The notes under the pieces were generated by a model that was not told the origin of the DNA, ran no database searches, and worked only from the letters and a program-made list of their open reading frames with translations. This document shows, one piece after another, positions 28,080 to 39,659 of a DNA stretch of 64,000 nt (positions are counted from its first letter, which is position 1; every line of letters starts with the position of its first letter). Origin of the DNA: an uncultured Gammaproteobacteria bacterium (GTDB lineage: Bacteria > Patescibacteriota > Patescibacteriia > Magasanikbacterales > GWA2-37-8); NCBI GenBank assembly GCA_964596525.1, contig CAZQUL010000001.1, positions 951,723 to 1,015,722 of the forward strand, in the 5' to 3' direction. The position numbers were made by a program, and so were the translations under genes.

Positions 28080-29507
28080 TTACCCTACTGCACCCTCCAT
28101 TTCGAGTTCGATGAGTTTGTTGAGTTCGAGCGCGTATTCAACCGGAAGTGATTTGACGATAGGGGAGATGAAACCAGAAACAACTAATTTGATGGCTTCG
28201 GCCTCGGAAAATCCGCGCGACTGAAGGTAGAAGATCTCCTCTTCGCCGATTTTGCCGACACGGGCTTCGTGTGCGACGTTGACCTGATCGTTTTTTATTT
28301 TGAGTTCGGGGATGGTATTGGCTATGGCGCGCGAACCGACAAGGAGTGCATCACAGACCATGGAAGCGCTCGTGCCGCTCGCTCTCGGCGTAACATGGAT
28401 AAGACCGCGGAAGGTGTTGGTGCCACCGTTAACGGAGATTGATTTGGAAACGATGGTTGAACTGGTGTTAGGGGCGGCATGGATGGCTTTGGCGCCCGTA
28501 TCCTGGTTTTGGCCAGGTCCGGCAAACGCGATGCCGAGGCTTTCGGAGTGTGCACCCGCCCCACGCAGAATAGAAGATGGGTAGAGCATGGTAACGCCGC
28601 TACCCATGTTACCATTAACCCATTCGATAGTGGCGTTTTCATCGACGAGGGCGCGTTTGGTGTTGAGGTTGTAGGTATTTTTTGACCAGTTTTCGATGGA
28701 TGAGTACCGTACGTGCGCATTTTTATGCACGAAAATTTCGACACAGCCGGCGTGCAGTGCGTTTTGGTTGTAACGGGGCGCGGAGCAGCCTTCGATGTAA
28801 TGGAGGCGCGATCCTTCGTCCGCGATGATGAGGGTATGCTCAAACTGCCCAGCTCCGGCGGTATTCATCCGGAAATAAGCCTGCAGTGGCAGGTCGATCG
28901 TAACGTTTTTGGGTACGTAGATGAAGGTACCGCCGCTCCAGACCGCGGCGTGCAGCATGACGAATTTGTGATCATTAATGGGTACGCACTGCGTCATGAA
29001 ATATTTTTTGACGAGGTCGGGATATTTTTGCAGTGCCACATCCATGTTTTCAAAAATGACCCCTTTTTCTTCCCATTCTTTTTTGAGGTTGTGGTAGACG
29101 ATGTCCGAGTCGTATTGCGCGCCAACACCGGAGAGAACATTTTTTTCGGCTTCCGGAATGCCGAGTTTGTCGAATGTTTGGCGTATTTCGGCGGGGACTT
29201 GGTTCCAGTCCGTAACTTCAGCGGCATCAGGACGAACGAAGTAGGTGATAGCACCGAGATCAAGCTGTGACAAATCCGCGCCCCAGGTGGGCAGAGGCTT
29301 ATTAAGGTAGAGTGCGAAGGCTTTAAGGCGCTTGTCGAGCATCCAGGCCGGTTCGTTTTTTTGCGCCGAAATTTCCCGGACGATTTCTTCGGTTAAGCCT
29401 GGGCGGCTCCGGTAGCGGATGCGTTCGGGGTCAGCATCGTCATAGGTGGAGCGGTCTGGCTCGAATGACGTAGCGGGATTTTTTTTATTGCTTTTTAACG
29501 GTTTCAT
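28080..29507 (-). CDS. sufB: Fe-S cluster assembly scaffold protein SufB
   Basis: The 475-aa ORF has full-length SufB-like blocks (HAAVWSGGTFIYVP, LIIADEGSRLHYIEGCSAP, NWSKNTYNLNTKRALV, AHSESLGIAFAGPGQNQDTGAK). Confidence 0.9.
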   Translation of the reverse strand: MKPLKSNKKNPATSFEPDRSTYDDADPERIRYRSRPGLTEEIVREISAQKNEPAWMLDKRLKAFALYLNKPLPTWGADLSQLDLGAITYFVRPDAAEVTDWNQVPAEIRQTFDKLGIPEAEKNVLSGVGAQYDSDIVYHNLKKEWEEKGVIFENMDVALQKYPDLVKKYFMTQCVPINDHKFVMLHAAVWSGGTFIYVPKNVTIDLPLQAYFRMNTAGAGQFEHTLIIADEGSRLHYIEGCSAPRYNQNALHAGCVEIFVHKNAHVRYSSIENWSKNTYNLNTKRALVDENATIEWVNGNMGSGVTMLYPSSILRGAGAHSESLGIAFAGPGQNQDTGAKAIHAAPNTSSTIVSKSISVNGGTNTFRGLIHVTPRASGTSASMVCDALLVGSRAIANTIPELKIKNDQVNVAHEARVGKIGEEEIFYLQSRGFSEAEAIKLVVSGFISPIVKSLPVEYALELNKLIELEMEGAVG

Positions 29508-29674
29508 CGTAATTTTTCTTATGAAGAAGTTATCGTACCACGGGATGAGTTAATTCTCAAGAGTAAAAGAATGGCAATGCTTGTTGTATGTGGTCCACGC
29601 TATGCTTGTATTCTTGCTGCCCTAGTGATATCACACCTACGCAGGGTTTCCCTGGAAAAAAACGGAGGTGCTCT

Positions 29675-30106
29675 ATGAAGCGTTCATTGTGCGTAGGGGG
29701 GTTGGTCGGTGCGTGCCTTGTATTCGCTGGGCAAGCTAAGGTTCTGGCGCAGTGCGTTAAGCTGCCGCCCGTTCCGATTCGTGAAGAAACGATCTGTACA
29801 CCCGAGCTTAAGGAGAAGCTTGCTATGGAAGCAAGTGTTACGGTTTCGTATAGCTGCTCTTCCCCTACGTATTTCAGCCGCGCTGAGGTGGTGCCGGTCC
29901 GTTGCGATGGGCGCGCCAATGAGAATCGTGTTGTTGTGTATTGCCAGGGTGGAGGAGCGAAGGGCGATGTGCGCACTGCCGAGCTCGAGCTTAAAGACGG
30001 GCATTATCAATGCCATACAGTGAGCGAGAATCGGGCGACGTTTACCGTTTACTACCTGAGTGTCCGACAGCCCTCCCTTCCCAAAGCCGCGCCGCCCAGC
30101 AACTGA
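29675..30106 (+). CDS. Secreted Cys-rich hypothetical protein (143 aa)
   Basis: The RBS GGAGGTG lies 7 nt before ATG 29675. A signal peptide and 10 Cys residues are present. Confidence 0.4.
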   Translation: MKRSLCVGGLVGACLVFAGQAKVLAQCVKLPPVPIREETICTPELKEKLAMEASVTVSYSCSSPTYFSRAEVVPVRCDGRANENRVVVYCQGGGAKGDVRTAELELKDGHYQCHTVSENRATFTVYYLSVRQPSLPKAAPPSN

Positions 30107-30198
30107 TCTTTTTTCCAGACAAGCGGTCATGATGGCCGCTTTTATTGATTTTTTACAGAGCATGTGGTAGGGTGCGGGCACTATCCACGAGGAGGGGC

Positions 30199-30432
30199 AT
30201 GGTGCGTGGCACGTTCTTTTTGGTAGTCTTGGCAACAATAGGTTTTATGGTGTGGGGAGGCGCGCGAGATGATCAGTCGCTTGTCTGTGCTCTGCTTATA
30301 CCTTGTCCTGGTGAGGTGTTTATAGGCACGTGGTCTGATTTTCTCGTCGAGATGTGCTGGTGGGTATTAATGCCTATCGTGCCGCTTGTTGTGGTAGGAA
30401 TTCTCTGTCTTCGATGTCGTCCCGCCCGGTGA
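30199..30432 (+). CDS. Small two-TM membrane protein, hypothetical
   Basis: RBS GAGGAGGGG precedes the ATG. The ORF is hydrophobic. Confidence 0.3.
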   Translation: MVRGTFFLVVLATIGFMVWGGARDDQSLVCALLIPCPGEVFIGTWSDFLVEMCWWVLMPIVPLVVVGILCLRCRPAR

Positions 30433-30497
30433 GGCGGGTTTTTCATTTAGCGTGAGGCATGATATGGTAAGGGCATCTTACGCGTTACCTATTTAGT

Positions 30498-31199
30498 TTG
30501 ATTATGGGAGAAAAAACGTTTTATACCTCGCCGGTCACTTCGATAACGATGCTTACCGCTGACATGATGGAGCTGCGACTTGCCAAGCCTGAAGGATTTA
30601 TGTTCAAACCCGGCCAGTTCATCCAGCTCGAAATTCCGGAATTGCCGGGGCAGGTGGTTTTGCGCAGTTATTCTCTGGCCTCGCATCCGACTGACCAGGA
30701 GATCGCTCTATGCATAAAAATTATCCCAGGCGGAAAAGGATCGACGTTTGCGAGCGGACTTACGCCGGGTGTGCCAGTAATTTTCCGTGGTCCGGAAGGT
30801 CGCTTTGTCGTTTCGCCGGAACATCATGCGGTTAAGACGTTCGTAGCTACCGGTGCCGGCGTGGCGCCGATCATGAGCATGATTCGTGATGAAATATACA
30901 AAGAGAGTAATGAGCGCATCCGGCTTTTATTCGGGTTGCGCTATGAGCAGGATATTTTTTGGCGTGAACAGCTAGAAGACCTGGCGTCGCGTTCGTCGAA
31001 GTTCTCCTTTTCTATCACGTTATCGCAGCCAGGCACGGCCTGGAGCGGATTGCGCGGGCGTGTTACCGATCATATTCGCGAATTCGACATAACAGGTGAC
31101 TGGTATCTCTGCGGCAGTCTGCCGATGGTCAAAGACGTGCGTGCGTTTCTTGCGACGGCGCAGGTATCTACCAAGCAGATTCACTTTGAAATTTTTTAA
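30498..31199 (+). CDS. Ferredoxin-NADP reductase-like FAD/NAD(P)-binding oxidoreductase
   Basis: RSYSLAS matches the RxYS FAD motif and ATGAGVAP matches the GTGxAP NAD(P) motif. A C-terminal CGS motif is present. Confidence 0.65.
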   Translation: MIMGEKTFYTSPVTSITMLTADMMELRLAKPEGFMFKPGQFIQLEIPELPGQVVLRSYSLASHPTDQEIALCIKIIPGGKGSTFASGLTPGVPVIFRGPEGRFVVSPEHHAVKTFVATGAGVAPIMSMIRDEIYKESNERIRLLFGLRYEQDIFWREQLEDLASRSSKFSFSITLSQPGTAWSGLRGRVTDHIREFDITGDWYLCGSLPMVKDVRAFLATAQVSTKQIHFEIF

Positions 31200-31551
31200 A
31201 GTTCTTCTTCGTGGTAGAATATTCTTACATCTATGTTCAAAGAAAGGCCGTCTAACGCTTCCGAAGTAGGAGGAAAGCTTTCTCCTGTTAAAAAAGAATC
31301 TGAAGGCGATGAGGATGCGGGTATTGAAGCTATGCTTGAAGCGCTTAAGGAGAATCCCGGACTGAAGCGTAATCCGGAAGTTGATAAAACTGGAAAACGA
31401 CTCGACGACCCCAAGCCAAGCCGTTCCCGCTCCTAAAAAAGTATATTATTCAAAAAACGAGAGTGTGAAATGCTCTCGTTTTCGTTTTTTAAAACTTGAC
31501 ATGCGGCAGGGGGTTTGTTTAACGTAGACGACGAATCCCTTAGGGGAAGGA

Positions 31552-32697
31552 GTGAACGACATGATTACCGACTTCAGCGCCCCCGAAGCAGAAACTCCGA
31601 TTCGTTGTCCGATGAGCCGCGAAGAGCTTGATGGCAAGCTGATGCATGCCATCGCCGACACCGTTGCCTTTTATGCCAGCGAAGGTGTGTCGCTTGACAT
31701 GCCGGCGTGCGCCGCCCTCTTTACGATGCGGCAGGCGATGTTGGCTCGGTTCGGCGCCCACTGCGAGTTGCCAAACAATAAGAACTTGAGAAATGTATTG
31801 AGTGACCGCGGATTCAAGATTTTTTTCGTGGCCGCGTCTGAGGTCTCTCGGTTGGAGGATGCCTCTCCCGAGGCGGCGGACAATGCTCAAGTATCAGCTG
31901 CGTCACTGCCAGCTGGGCAAGAAGAGGAAAAAGGCGCTGTTCAGGTTGTTGGTGGAGAAGAGGGAACTTCTTCTTGCCTGCCTCAACCCTCCGCGCTGGC
32001 TCATAAAGAAAGGGTTGTTGCTGCAGCCGAAGCCGGTGGTGGGCGAGCTGCTGAGGAAAAAAAGGAGGGTGCTGCGCTTTTTGCCCCCTCGGCACTATCG
32101 ACTCCCGATATCCTGACCGCTCAAGAATCAATCGGACAGACCGCCGAGATGAAGGTGGAAAAAGATCGTCATGCTTCTCCAGAAGCAGATACTCCAAGCG
32201 TTCAAGGCGCGTTCGTCGATGAAGTGGATCTGGACGATCCGCAGTCGCTGCACAACTACCTGCACAAACACAATGTGTGGCTCGGCGAAACCGTCGAAGA
32301 TACGGTTGGGGAGTTGGTGCGCAAAAGTTTGCACCAGCTCAAGCGTATGGAGCGCTGGCATATCGATCGGCTCATCGCGCTTGGTATTGCCACCTACTTT
32401 GACGAGCAGTATGCGCGCGTCTTGGATCTTATCCGCATCGAAGGGCATAAGCGCGGCTTAGCGGTGCGTCCGTATAACAGGTATACGCCTGCCGAGCGTA
32501 GGTGGATCTGCAACCCCAAAACGCCAGTCAAAGCCGTGGTAGGCCGTTATGGCCTCCTTGAGAAAACGGTAGAGAGTTACCGTAAACAGTTCGCCGCACA
32601 TGGCGACATGTATTATTCCATCAATAAAAGCCGTATCGAGCGCGGTCTGAATCCGGTTCGAACCCGTCGGCACCGTAAAACACGGGCAAAAGTATAA
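31552..32697 (+). CDS. Hypothetical protein with central Ala/Glu-rich low-complexity region and basic C-terminus
   Basis: ORF only. Confidence 0.35.
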   Translation: MNDMITDFSAPEAETPIRCPMSREELDGKLMHAIADTVAFYASEGVSLDMPACAALFTMRQAMLARFGAHCELPNNKNLRNVLSDRGFKIFFVAASEVSRLEDASPEAADNAQVSAASLPAGQEEEKGAVQVVGGEEGTSSCLPQPSALAHKERVVAAAEAGGGRAAEEKKEGAALFAPSALSTPDILTAQESIGQTAEMKVEKDRHASPEADTPSVQGAFVDEVDLDDPQSLHNYLHKHNVWLGETVEDTVGELVRKSLHQLKRMERWHIDRLIALGIATYFDEQYARVLDLIRIEGHKRGLAVRPYNRYTPAERRWICNPKTPVKAVVGRYGLLEKTVESYRKQFAAHGDMYYSINKSRIERGLNPVRTRRHRKTRAKV

Positions 32698-32781
32698 GTC
32701 TACGCCATCCGTAAGCTGAAATCGTGAGAAACCGCGAAAGTAAGCTTTTTTTTGTTGGGAAGGTTTATTTTATTTACGCAC

Positions 32782-32810
32782 TTGCTTTTTTAGCGGCTTT
32801 CTGTTATAGT
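32782..32810 (+). promoter_or_regulatory. Sigma70-like promoter: TTGCTT, 17-bp spacer, TATAGT, upstream of typA
   Basis: The motif is read directly from the sequence, about 40 nt before ATG 32853. Confidence 0.4.
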
Positions 32811-32852
32811 AGACCGTGCTTTCTGCATATTTGGCAGTTTTTTTATTATCGT

Positions 32853-34661
<1,809 letters not shown>

Positions 34662-34736
34662 TATCCTGCGCGTCGCGGAAGTGGTTTTGTCGCTACTTCC
34701 GCGACGCGCACAAGCCGCGTACGTGAAAAAGGAGAA

Positions 34737-35255
34737 GTGGAGATGAGAAACGTAATCGGAGCTTTTATTCTGGCTGTGGCTATCGGCGGTTGCGCAAAGC
34801 ATGCGCAGCGGGATGATGACTATACTCCGCCGCCGGATGATGTTGCTGCTGGACTTCCGTCTTTGCGCTCGAGCCAGGATCTTGCAATCATGCGCGCTTC
34901 GGTTAAGATCGAGCGCGACAAGCTTGAGTTGGAATGCGCGGAGCTTCTGAACACTGTCGAACCGCCGCAAGCTGTGGCAACTTCGGTTTTGCTTATCAAG
35001 TCCGAGGTCCAGCTTATGGGGCGGTCAAATTTCATTCGGGTTTTGCTCCTCGCCCAGTTCGATCTCGAGCACAAGGCGATGGTCAAGATGGGTAGCCTTG
35101 AAGCAGACTCAAGTAGGATGGCTGCCGACTTTCTTGATACGTATATCGACAGCTATCTTTACGGTGGTGCCGATTTCAGTGATCGTCTCGCGCAAACCCC
35201 CCGTCAACAAGTCCTGAAGCTCTGCTCGAGCCTCGTGCTTGCCGGAGCTCGGTAG
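34737..35255 (+). CDS. Lipoprotein, hypothetical
   Basis: Lipobox AIGGC follows the signal peptide. Confidence 0.4.
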   Translation: MEMRNVIGAFILAVAIGGCAKHAQRDDDYTPPPDDVAAGLPSLRSSQDLAIMRASVKIERDKLELECAELLNTVEPPQAVATSVLLIKSEVQLMGRSNFIRVLLLAQFDLEHKAMVKMGSLEADSSRMAADFLDTYIDSYLYGGADFSDRLAQTPRQQVLKLCSSLVLAGAR

Positions 35256-35621
35256 TCATTCTTTTTAAAGCTGGCCCTTGGCCAGCTTTATGTTTTTTGT
35301 CCACTCCGTTATTGACTTTACCTCAAAAAAAGCCTAGAACACCTCCGAAAGGAGGGTCACGTGTCCGCACGCGGAAATCCCATAGTTGTGGCGCTTTTGA
35401 AACGCCATGGCCGGACCACGACAGTGATGAAAAGCCGTAATGAGCGGCGCTCCGGCAACGTTTCGTATTATGAAACCGAAGATGGTGACGAGGAGGGAAC
35501 TATGAAGTTCTTTTTTGATGAGAACCAGGAGGAGAGTCATGAACAATCGGCGACCGCGCGTCGTAAAGGCCGCCCCACTCAGAAGGTATGGGCGGTTTTA
35601 TTATGTATTTAATTTTCATCT

Positions 35622-36185
35622 ATGACGACGTTTCAAAAACGGCCTTTGGCTTACATTGAGAGTCTGGCTATTAAGCTTACATACCACATTGGTACGCCGC
35701 TTTCGGTTGCTCTCCACACCTTAGTATTCGTGGCTATTTTTTCACTGTATTTTATCGGTGTCGAAATGGAACATATTCTCCTTGTCCTTACGACCGCAGT
35801 ATCGCTTGAGGCGATTTATTTATCGATTTTCATTCAGATGAGCATTAATCGTACGACCGAGAGTCTCGAAGTGGTGCATGAAAACGTCGACGAGATTGCT
35901 AAAGACGTTGATGAGATACAGGAAGATGTGGAAGATCTGGAAGGAAATGTAGTGGAAATATCGAAAGATATCGATGTGATTCAAGAGAATGTTGAAGGTA
36001 TTGGCGATGAGGTTGAAGAGATTTCAAAAGATATCGACGAAATTCAAGGTACAGACGAAAAAGCCGATCCGACGCTCGCCATGCTTAAAACCGTGGATGC
36101 CGAACTGCGTAAAATTTCACGTGAAGTTGAAATCCTCCGCTCGCTCAGATTGGCTGAGACGAAAAATTCTTTAAGTGCCAAGTAA
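35622..36185 (+). CDS. DUF1003-family membrane protein with a C-terminal 21-aa x3 acidic repeat
   Basis: LLVLTTAVSLEAIYLSIFIQMSINRTTES matches the DUF1003 core (LSxEAxxxAPxIxMSQNR). Three 63-bp tandem repeats lie at ~35883-36071 (NVDEIAKDVDEIQE...). Confidence 0.5.
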   Translation: MTTFQKRPLAYIESLAIKLTYHIGTPLSVALHTLVFVAIFSLYFIGVEMEHILLVLTTAVSLEAIYLSIFIQMSINRTTESLEVVHENVDEIAKDVDEIQEDVEDLEGNVVEISKDIDVIQENVEGIGDEVEEISKDIDEIQGTDEKADPTLAMLKTVDAELRKISREVEILRSLRLAETKNSLSAK

Positions 36186-37748
36186 TGGTTCTGTTTGGGA
36201 TTTTTTTCGTAGTGCCAGAACGAGAATGAGCATAACAAGCGCCAGGCCAATTCCGTGAAAGAAGATCGGCGACGTAAGATTTTCTACCCCGAGTGCGCCG
36301 AGCATAGCAAAAAGATGGCTGGCAGTCTCAGATGCAAGGCGGCGTGCCGTAGTAATAACTGCAAAAACGAGAAGTGCTACCCACCCCACGCTGCCGAAAA
36401 ATCCGAATTCGGCAAGTATTTCTAAATACCCCCAGTCAAAATGACTAGTGGTTACTGTTGTTTTGACCACTGGGCTGTACACGGTGAGTTCGTCGCCCAG
36501 GCCTTCGCCCAAAAGCGGACGGTTTTTTATTTTTTCGGTTATTTTTGGCAAGAGCAGGAGGCGGCTCAAAGAACTTTCTTCAATGCTCGGCGCGGCGATG
36601 CTGCCAAGACGCACGCCGAAAAGTTCCCACCCCACACTCTCTCCGCGGCTTGCAGAAAGATGGATAACGCTAAAGAGCGTGATGAGCGTAGCGATGCTGC
36701 AAAGAGAGATGAGTATCCAGCGGCGGAAATGTTTTTTACTGAACAGTAGAAAGAGTATTACGATAAACGCAAGAAGGTAGATGCGAGTGAGATTGAGGGA
36801 AAGTATGAGAAGAAGGGAGAAAATGATTGCGTACGTACTATGCGGCACCTCGTGTGTAGAGTGCAGAGTGATGGTTGGAGATGAAAGCGACTTGTTTGTT
36901 TCAGTGGCTGTAGCTTTCTTAAAGTTCACCAGTCGATACGTAAAAAAACCAAGTAGGGGGACGAGCGCGAGATGTTCGTTGAGAACAATGCGGAAAAAAT
37001 GGTTGTGTAGATCCGTTATTTTCCCTCCAGCTACGTCGCGGAACCATTTATAATATGATTCATGAATATGCGTAAGATGCGTTGAAAAAGCGATGAAAGT
37101 GCCAAGGGTAAAAATGGCGTTACCGATGATGGCTACGCCAAGCATGGTAAGACATGCTGCAACAAACTTTTTTTCTTCTGCCAAGCTAAAAAGAGGAATA
37201 GCGTATAAAAGACTGAGGTAGGGGATGCAATCGGCGATAATGAGTGGTAGCGAGTTGCCAAGGTACCAGCCGCGTACCCCAGCTATGGCTGCGCATAAGG
37301 CCAGCATGCCTGCGAGAAGAATAAAAAAACGCTGCTCCTGCCATATTCTTTTTATAACTGGAAAGTTCCGTGCGATGTAAAGGGGAACTGTAGTAGCTAC
37401 GAGACATGTGCGGAGTGCGAGGGGGCCTAGAGCGAGGAAATTACCAGCTCCGCCCAAAATGAATTCGCCGGCGACGATGAGCCAGCCGCGGTCATCGCGG
37501 CGGTATATGCAGTAGAGGCTCGCGGCAAGGATGGCTGCACTGACGAGAGTATTTGCTAGGCTTTGTTCTGGGCGGAAGTAGAAGGAGAAGCTACGGATAA
37601 GCGCGTATAAGGCGAAATAAAACGCTGTTTCTTTCAGTCTTGACGTAAGCATAGGCTTTCTGGTATATTCGAGCGTCAGATACGAAGCATACCTGCGCTC
37701 TTTGAGGTAAAACGACCAGTTGCGGAAGGAGCTGGCAATGAAAGACAT
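36171..37748 (-). CDS. Polytopic membrane protein, O-antigen ligase/polymerase (Wzy_C)-like
   Basis: About 12 TM segments plus a large loop. Family assignment is tentative. Confidence 0.3.
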   Translation of the reverse strand: MSFIASSFRNWSFYLKERRYASYLTLEYTRKPMLTSRLKETAFYFALYALIRSFSFYFRPEQSLANTLVSAAILAASLYCIYRRDDRGWLIVAGEFILGGAGNFLALGPLALRTCLVATTVPLYIARNFPVIKRIWQEQRFFILLAGMLALCAAIAGVRGWYLGNSLPLIIADCIPYLSLLYAIPLFSLAEEKKFVAACLTMLGVAIIGNAIFTLGTFIAFSTHLTHIHESYYKWFRDVAGGKITDLHNHFFRIVLNEHLALVPLLGFFTYRLVNFKKATATETNKSLSSPTITLHSTHEVPHSTYAIIFSLLLILSLNLTRIYLLAFIVILFLLFSKKHFRRWILISLCSIATLITLFSVIHLSASRGESVGWELFGVRLGSIAAPSIEESSLSRLLLLPKITEKIKNRPLLGEGLGDELTVYSPVVKTTVTTSHFDWGYLEILAEFGFFGSVGWVALLVFAVITTARRLASETASHLFAMLGALGVENLTSPIFFHGIGLALVMLILVLALRKKSQTEPLLGT

Positions 37749-38154
37749 GATCTACTTTCGTAAGTGCCTGCGCGTCAGCCGAGCAGTTGTCTGGTATATC
37801 CGCGTGCGTGACGCGCGCGACTTTCTCGTCCGTACCAAGGAAGAAGCGCTCTACATGTTCGCTTTTCTCGTTTTTTTGACGAGCAGTTTATTTGCAATGC
37901 TTGCTGTGCTTTTCTCCACACTGGCCGGATTCTTAACCGTAACCGTGGGTTTCTCTACCCTCATCGTTTTTCTCCTCTCGTTCACGGGCACCTTTCTTTT
38001 CACCTGTTTGGGAAGCGTGCATATCTTGGATATCTTGGTGGAGCGGCTCTGGGAGCGGATCGAAGAGATTGACCTCGAAGGGAGAGTGCGCTTTCTTACG
38101 GCGATTGAGTTGGAGAAGATCCGCTGGATGGACGATAAAAAAGAAGATTTCTAG
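37720..38154 (+). CDS. Hypothetical membrane protein
   Basis: ORF with 2-3 TM segments. Confidence 0.3.
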   Translation: MRKELAMKDMIYFRKCLRVSRAVVWYIRVRDARDFLVRTKEEALYMFAFLVFLTSSLFAMLAVLFSTLAGFLTVTVGFSTLIVFLLSFTGTFLFTCLGSVHILDILVERLWERIEEIDLEGRVRFLTAIELEKIRWMDDKKEDF

Positions 38155-38213
38155 CCTTGTTCTCTCAGCGCTGAGACCTGGATGCCCGCGGGCTTCGGGT
38201 CTTTTTAATTACC

Positions 38214-39167
38214 TTAACACACGATCGCCTTGGTGCCCAAAAAACTACCGTTAAGTTCAGCGTGTCCGTTCATGAATTCTCGCGCGCTTAACTCGCGGTT
38301 GCCTTCTGGTTGGATGCGGAGTACTTCGAGCGCGTGCGAGCCGGTGCCAACAAAGAATTTTCCATCTTGATAAAGTACCTGACCAGGGTTCAGAGTGATC
38401 GCGGGAGAGGGTTTAAGATCGGTTATTTTCACCGTTCGGTTGTGGACCGTGGTGAAGAGCCCAGGCCAGACAAGGTAAGCGCGGTATTGGTTATAAATGG
38501 TCTCCGCGCTATCACAAAAGTTGATACGGCCATCTTCTTTGCCGATGAGTTCGCAGAATGTTGCTTCGTCGTCGTTTTGCGGCTGGGGCGTTATTTTTCC
38601 GTCGGCCCAAGCATCGAGCGTGGTAACGAGAAGCCGCTCGGCGATGGCGGATAATTTTTCGCGCAGCGTTACAAACGTATCTTCCCGGTGTATAAAAATC
38701 TGTTCCTGCGCCAAAAGCGGCCCGTGGTCGAGTTCGGTGTCGAGAATCATGATAGATACGCCGGTTTCGTTATCGCCGAAACGTAGAGCAGTTTGGATGG
38801 GGGACGCGCCGCGATAGCGAGGGAGGAGTGACGGGTGTACGTTGATAGTTTTAAGGCGCGGTTTGTCGAGCATGTCATCGGGGATAAGGCGGCCGTATTC
38901 GCAAACGACGTATACATCTGCCGCAGGAAGATCGGTCTCTAGGTTTACCTTCTTGAGCGTTGTGGGCTGGAAAACCGGAATGGAACGTTTGAGCGCCCAT
39001 TCTTTGGCTTTGGGGGGAGTAAGTACGTGGCCGCGGCCAGCTGGTTTGTCGGCGCGCGTAACCACACCTACCACTTCGGCGCGCAGGTGTTTGTATAAGG
39101 CGTCCAAAAGAGTGACTGCAAAAACGTCGCTGCCAAAAAAGAGCACGCGATACCGTGATCCGCTCAT
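38214..39167 (-). CDS. fmt: Methionyl-tRNA formyltransferase
   Basis: RVLFFGSDVFAV..L, INVHPSLLPRYRGASPIQ and HxSLLP/SxxD motifs are present, with the C-terminal Fmt domain. Confidence 0.9.
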   Translation of the reverse strand: MSGSRYRVLFFGSDVFAVTLLDALYKHLRAEVVGVVTRADKPAGRGHVLTPPKAKEWALKRSIPVFQPTTLKKVNLETDLPAADVYVVCEYGRLIPDDMLDKPRLKTINVHPSLLPRYRGASPIQTALRFGDNETGVSIMILDTELDHGPLLAQEQIFIHREDTFVTLREKLSAIAERLLVTTLDAWADGKITPQPQNDDEATFCELIGKEDGRINFCDSAETIYNQYRAYLVWPGLFTTVHNRTVKITDLKPSPAITLNPGQVLYQDGKFFVGTGSHALEVLRIQPEGNRELSAREFMNGHAELNGSFLGTKAIVC

Positions 39168-39170
39168 AGG

Positions 39171-39659
39171 TTACAGGAGGTATTTTGATGTATGAAGGTC
39201 GCGCGCTTTTTCGGCAAAGAGAATGCCGTTGAGATGATCCACCTCGTGCTGGATGACGCGCGCGAAGAAATCTTTAGCTTCGAAGGATAGTTTCTCACCG
39301 CGGCCGTTCCATGCTTCTACTTTAATGCGCGTGAAGCGTTCTACCTGACCAAAGAGGCCGGGGAGGGATAAGCATCCTTCTTCATCCCAGGCTTTCTTGG
39401 CCGAGAGCTTGGTCCAGGTGGGATTGATGAGGCAGAGATCTTCTTTTTTATCGGCGGTAAAATCGCGGGCAATGACGCAGAGCTGTACGGAGCGTCCAAC
39501 TTGCGGCGCGGCGAGCCCGACACCGTCTTTTTTGTACATGGTTTCCACCATGTCGCGGATGAATTCCTGCATTTCGGGCGTCGTAATGGTCGCCGGATCA
39601 ATATCGGCGCTTTTTTGGTGAAGGATAGGATTGGGGTCGAAGACGATGGGGAAAATCAT
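39171..39659 (-). CDS. def: Peptide deformylase
   Basis: All three Def motifs are present: GVGLAAPQVG, EGCLSLPG and HEVDHLNG. Confidence 0.9.
   Translation of the reverse strand: MIFPIVFDPNPILHQKSADIDPATITTPEMQEFIRDMVETMYKKDGVGLAAPQVGRSVQLCVIARDFTADKKEDLCLINPTWTKLSAKKAWDEEGCLSLPGLFGQVERFTRIKVEAWNGRGEKLSFEAKDFFARVIQHEVDHLNGILFAEKARDLHTSKYLL

Noticed and set aside
28322-29270. Several 90-185-aa ORFs on both strands
   Set aside because: All are embedded in the sufB gene. Spurious frames.
32724-32852. N-terminal extension of the typA ORF in the track
   Set aside because: A TTGCTT/TATAGT promoter lies inside it, and the GTPase G1 motif starts 4 residues after ATG 32853.
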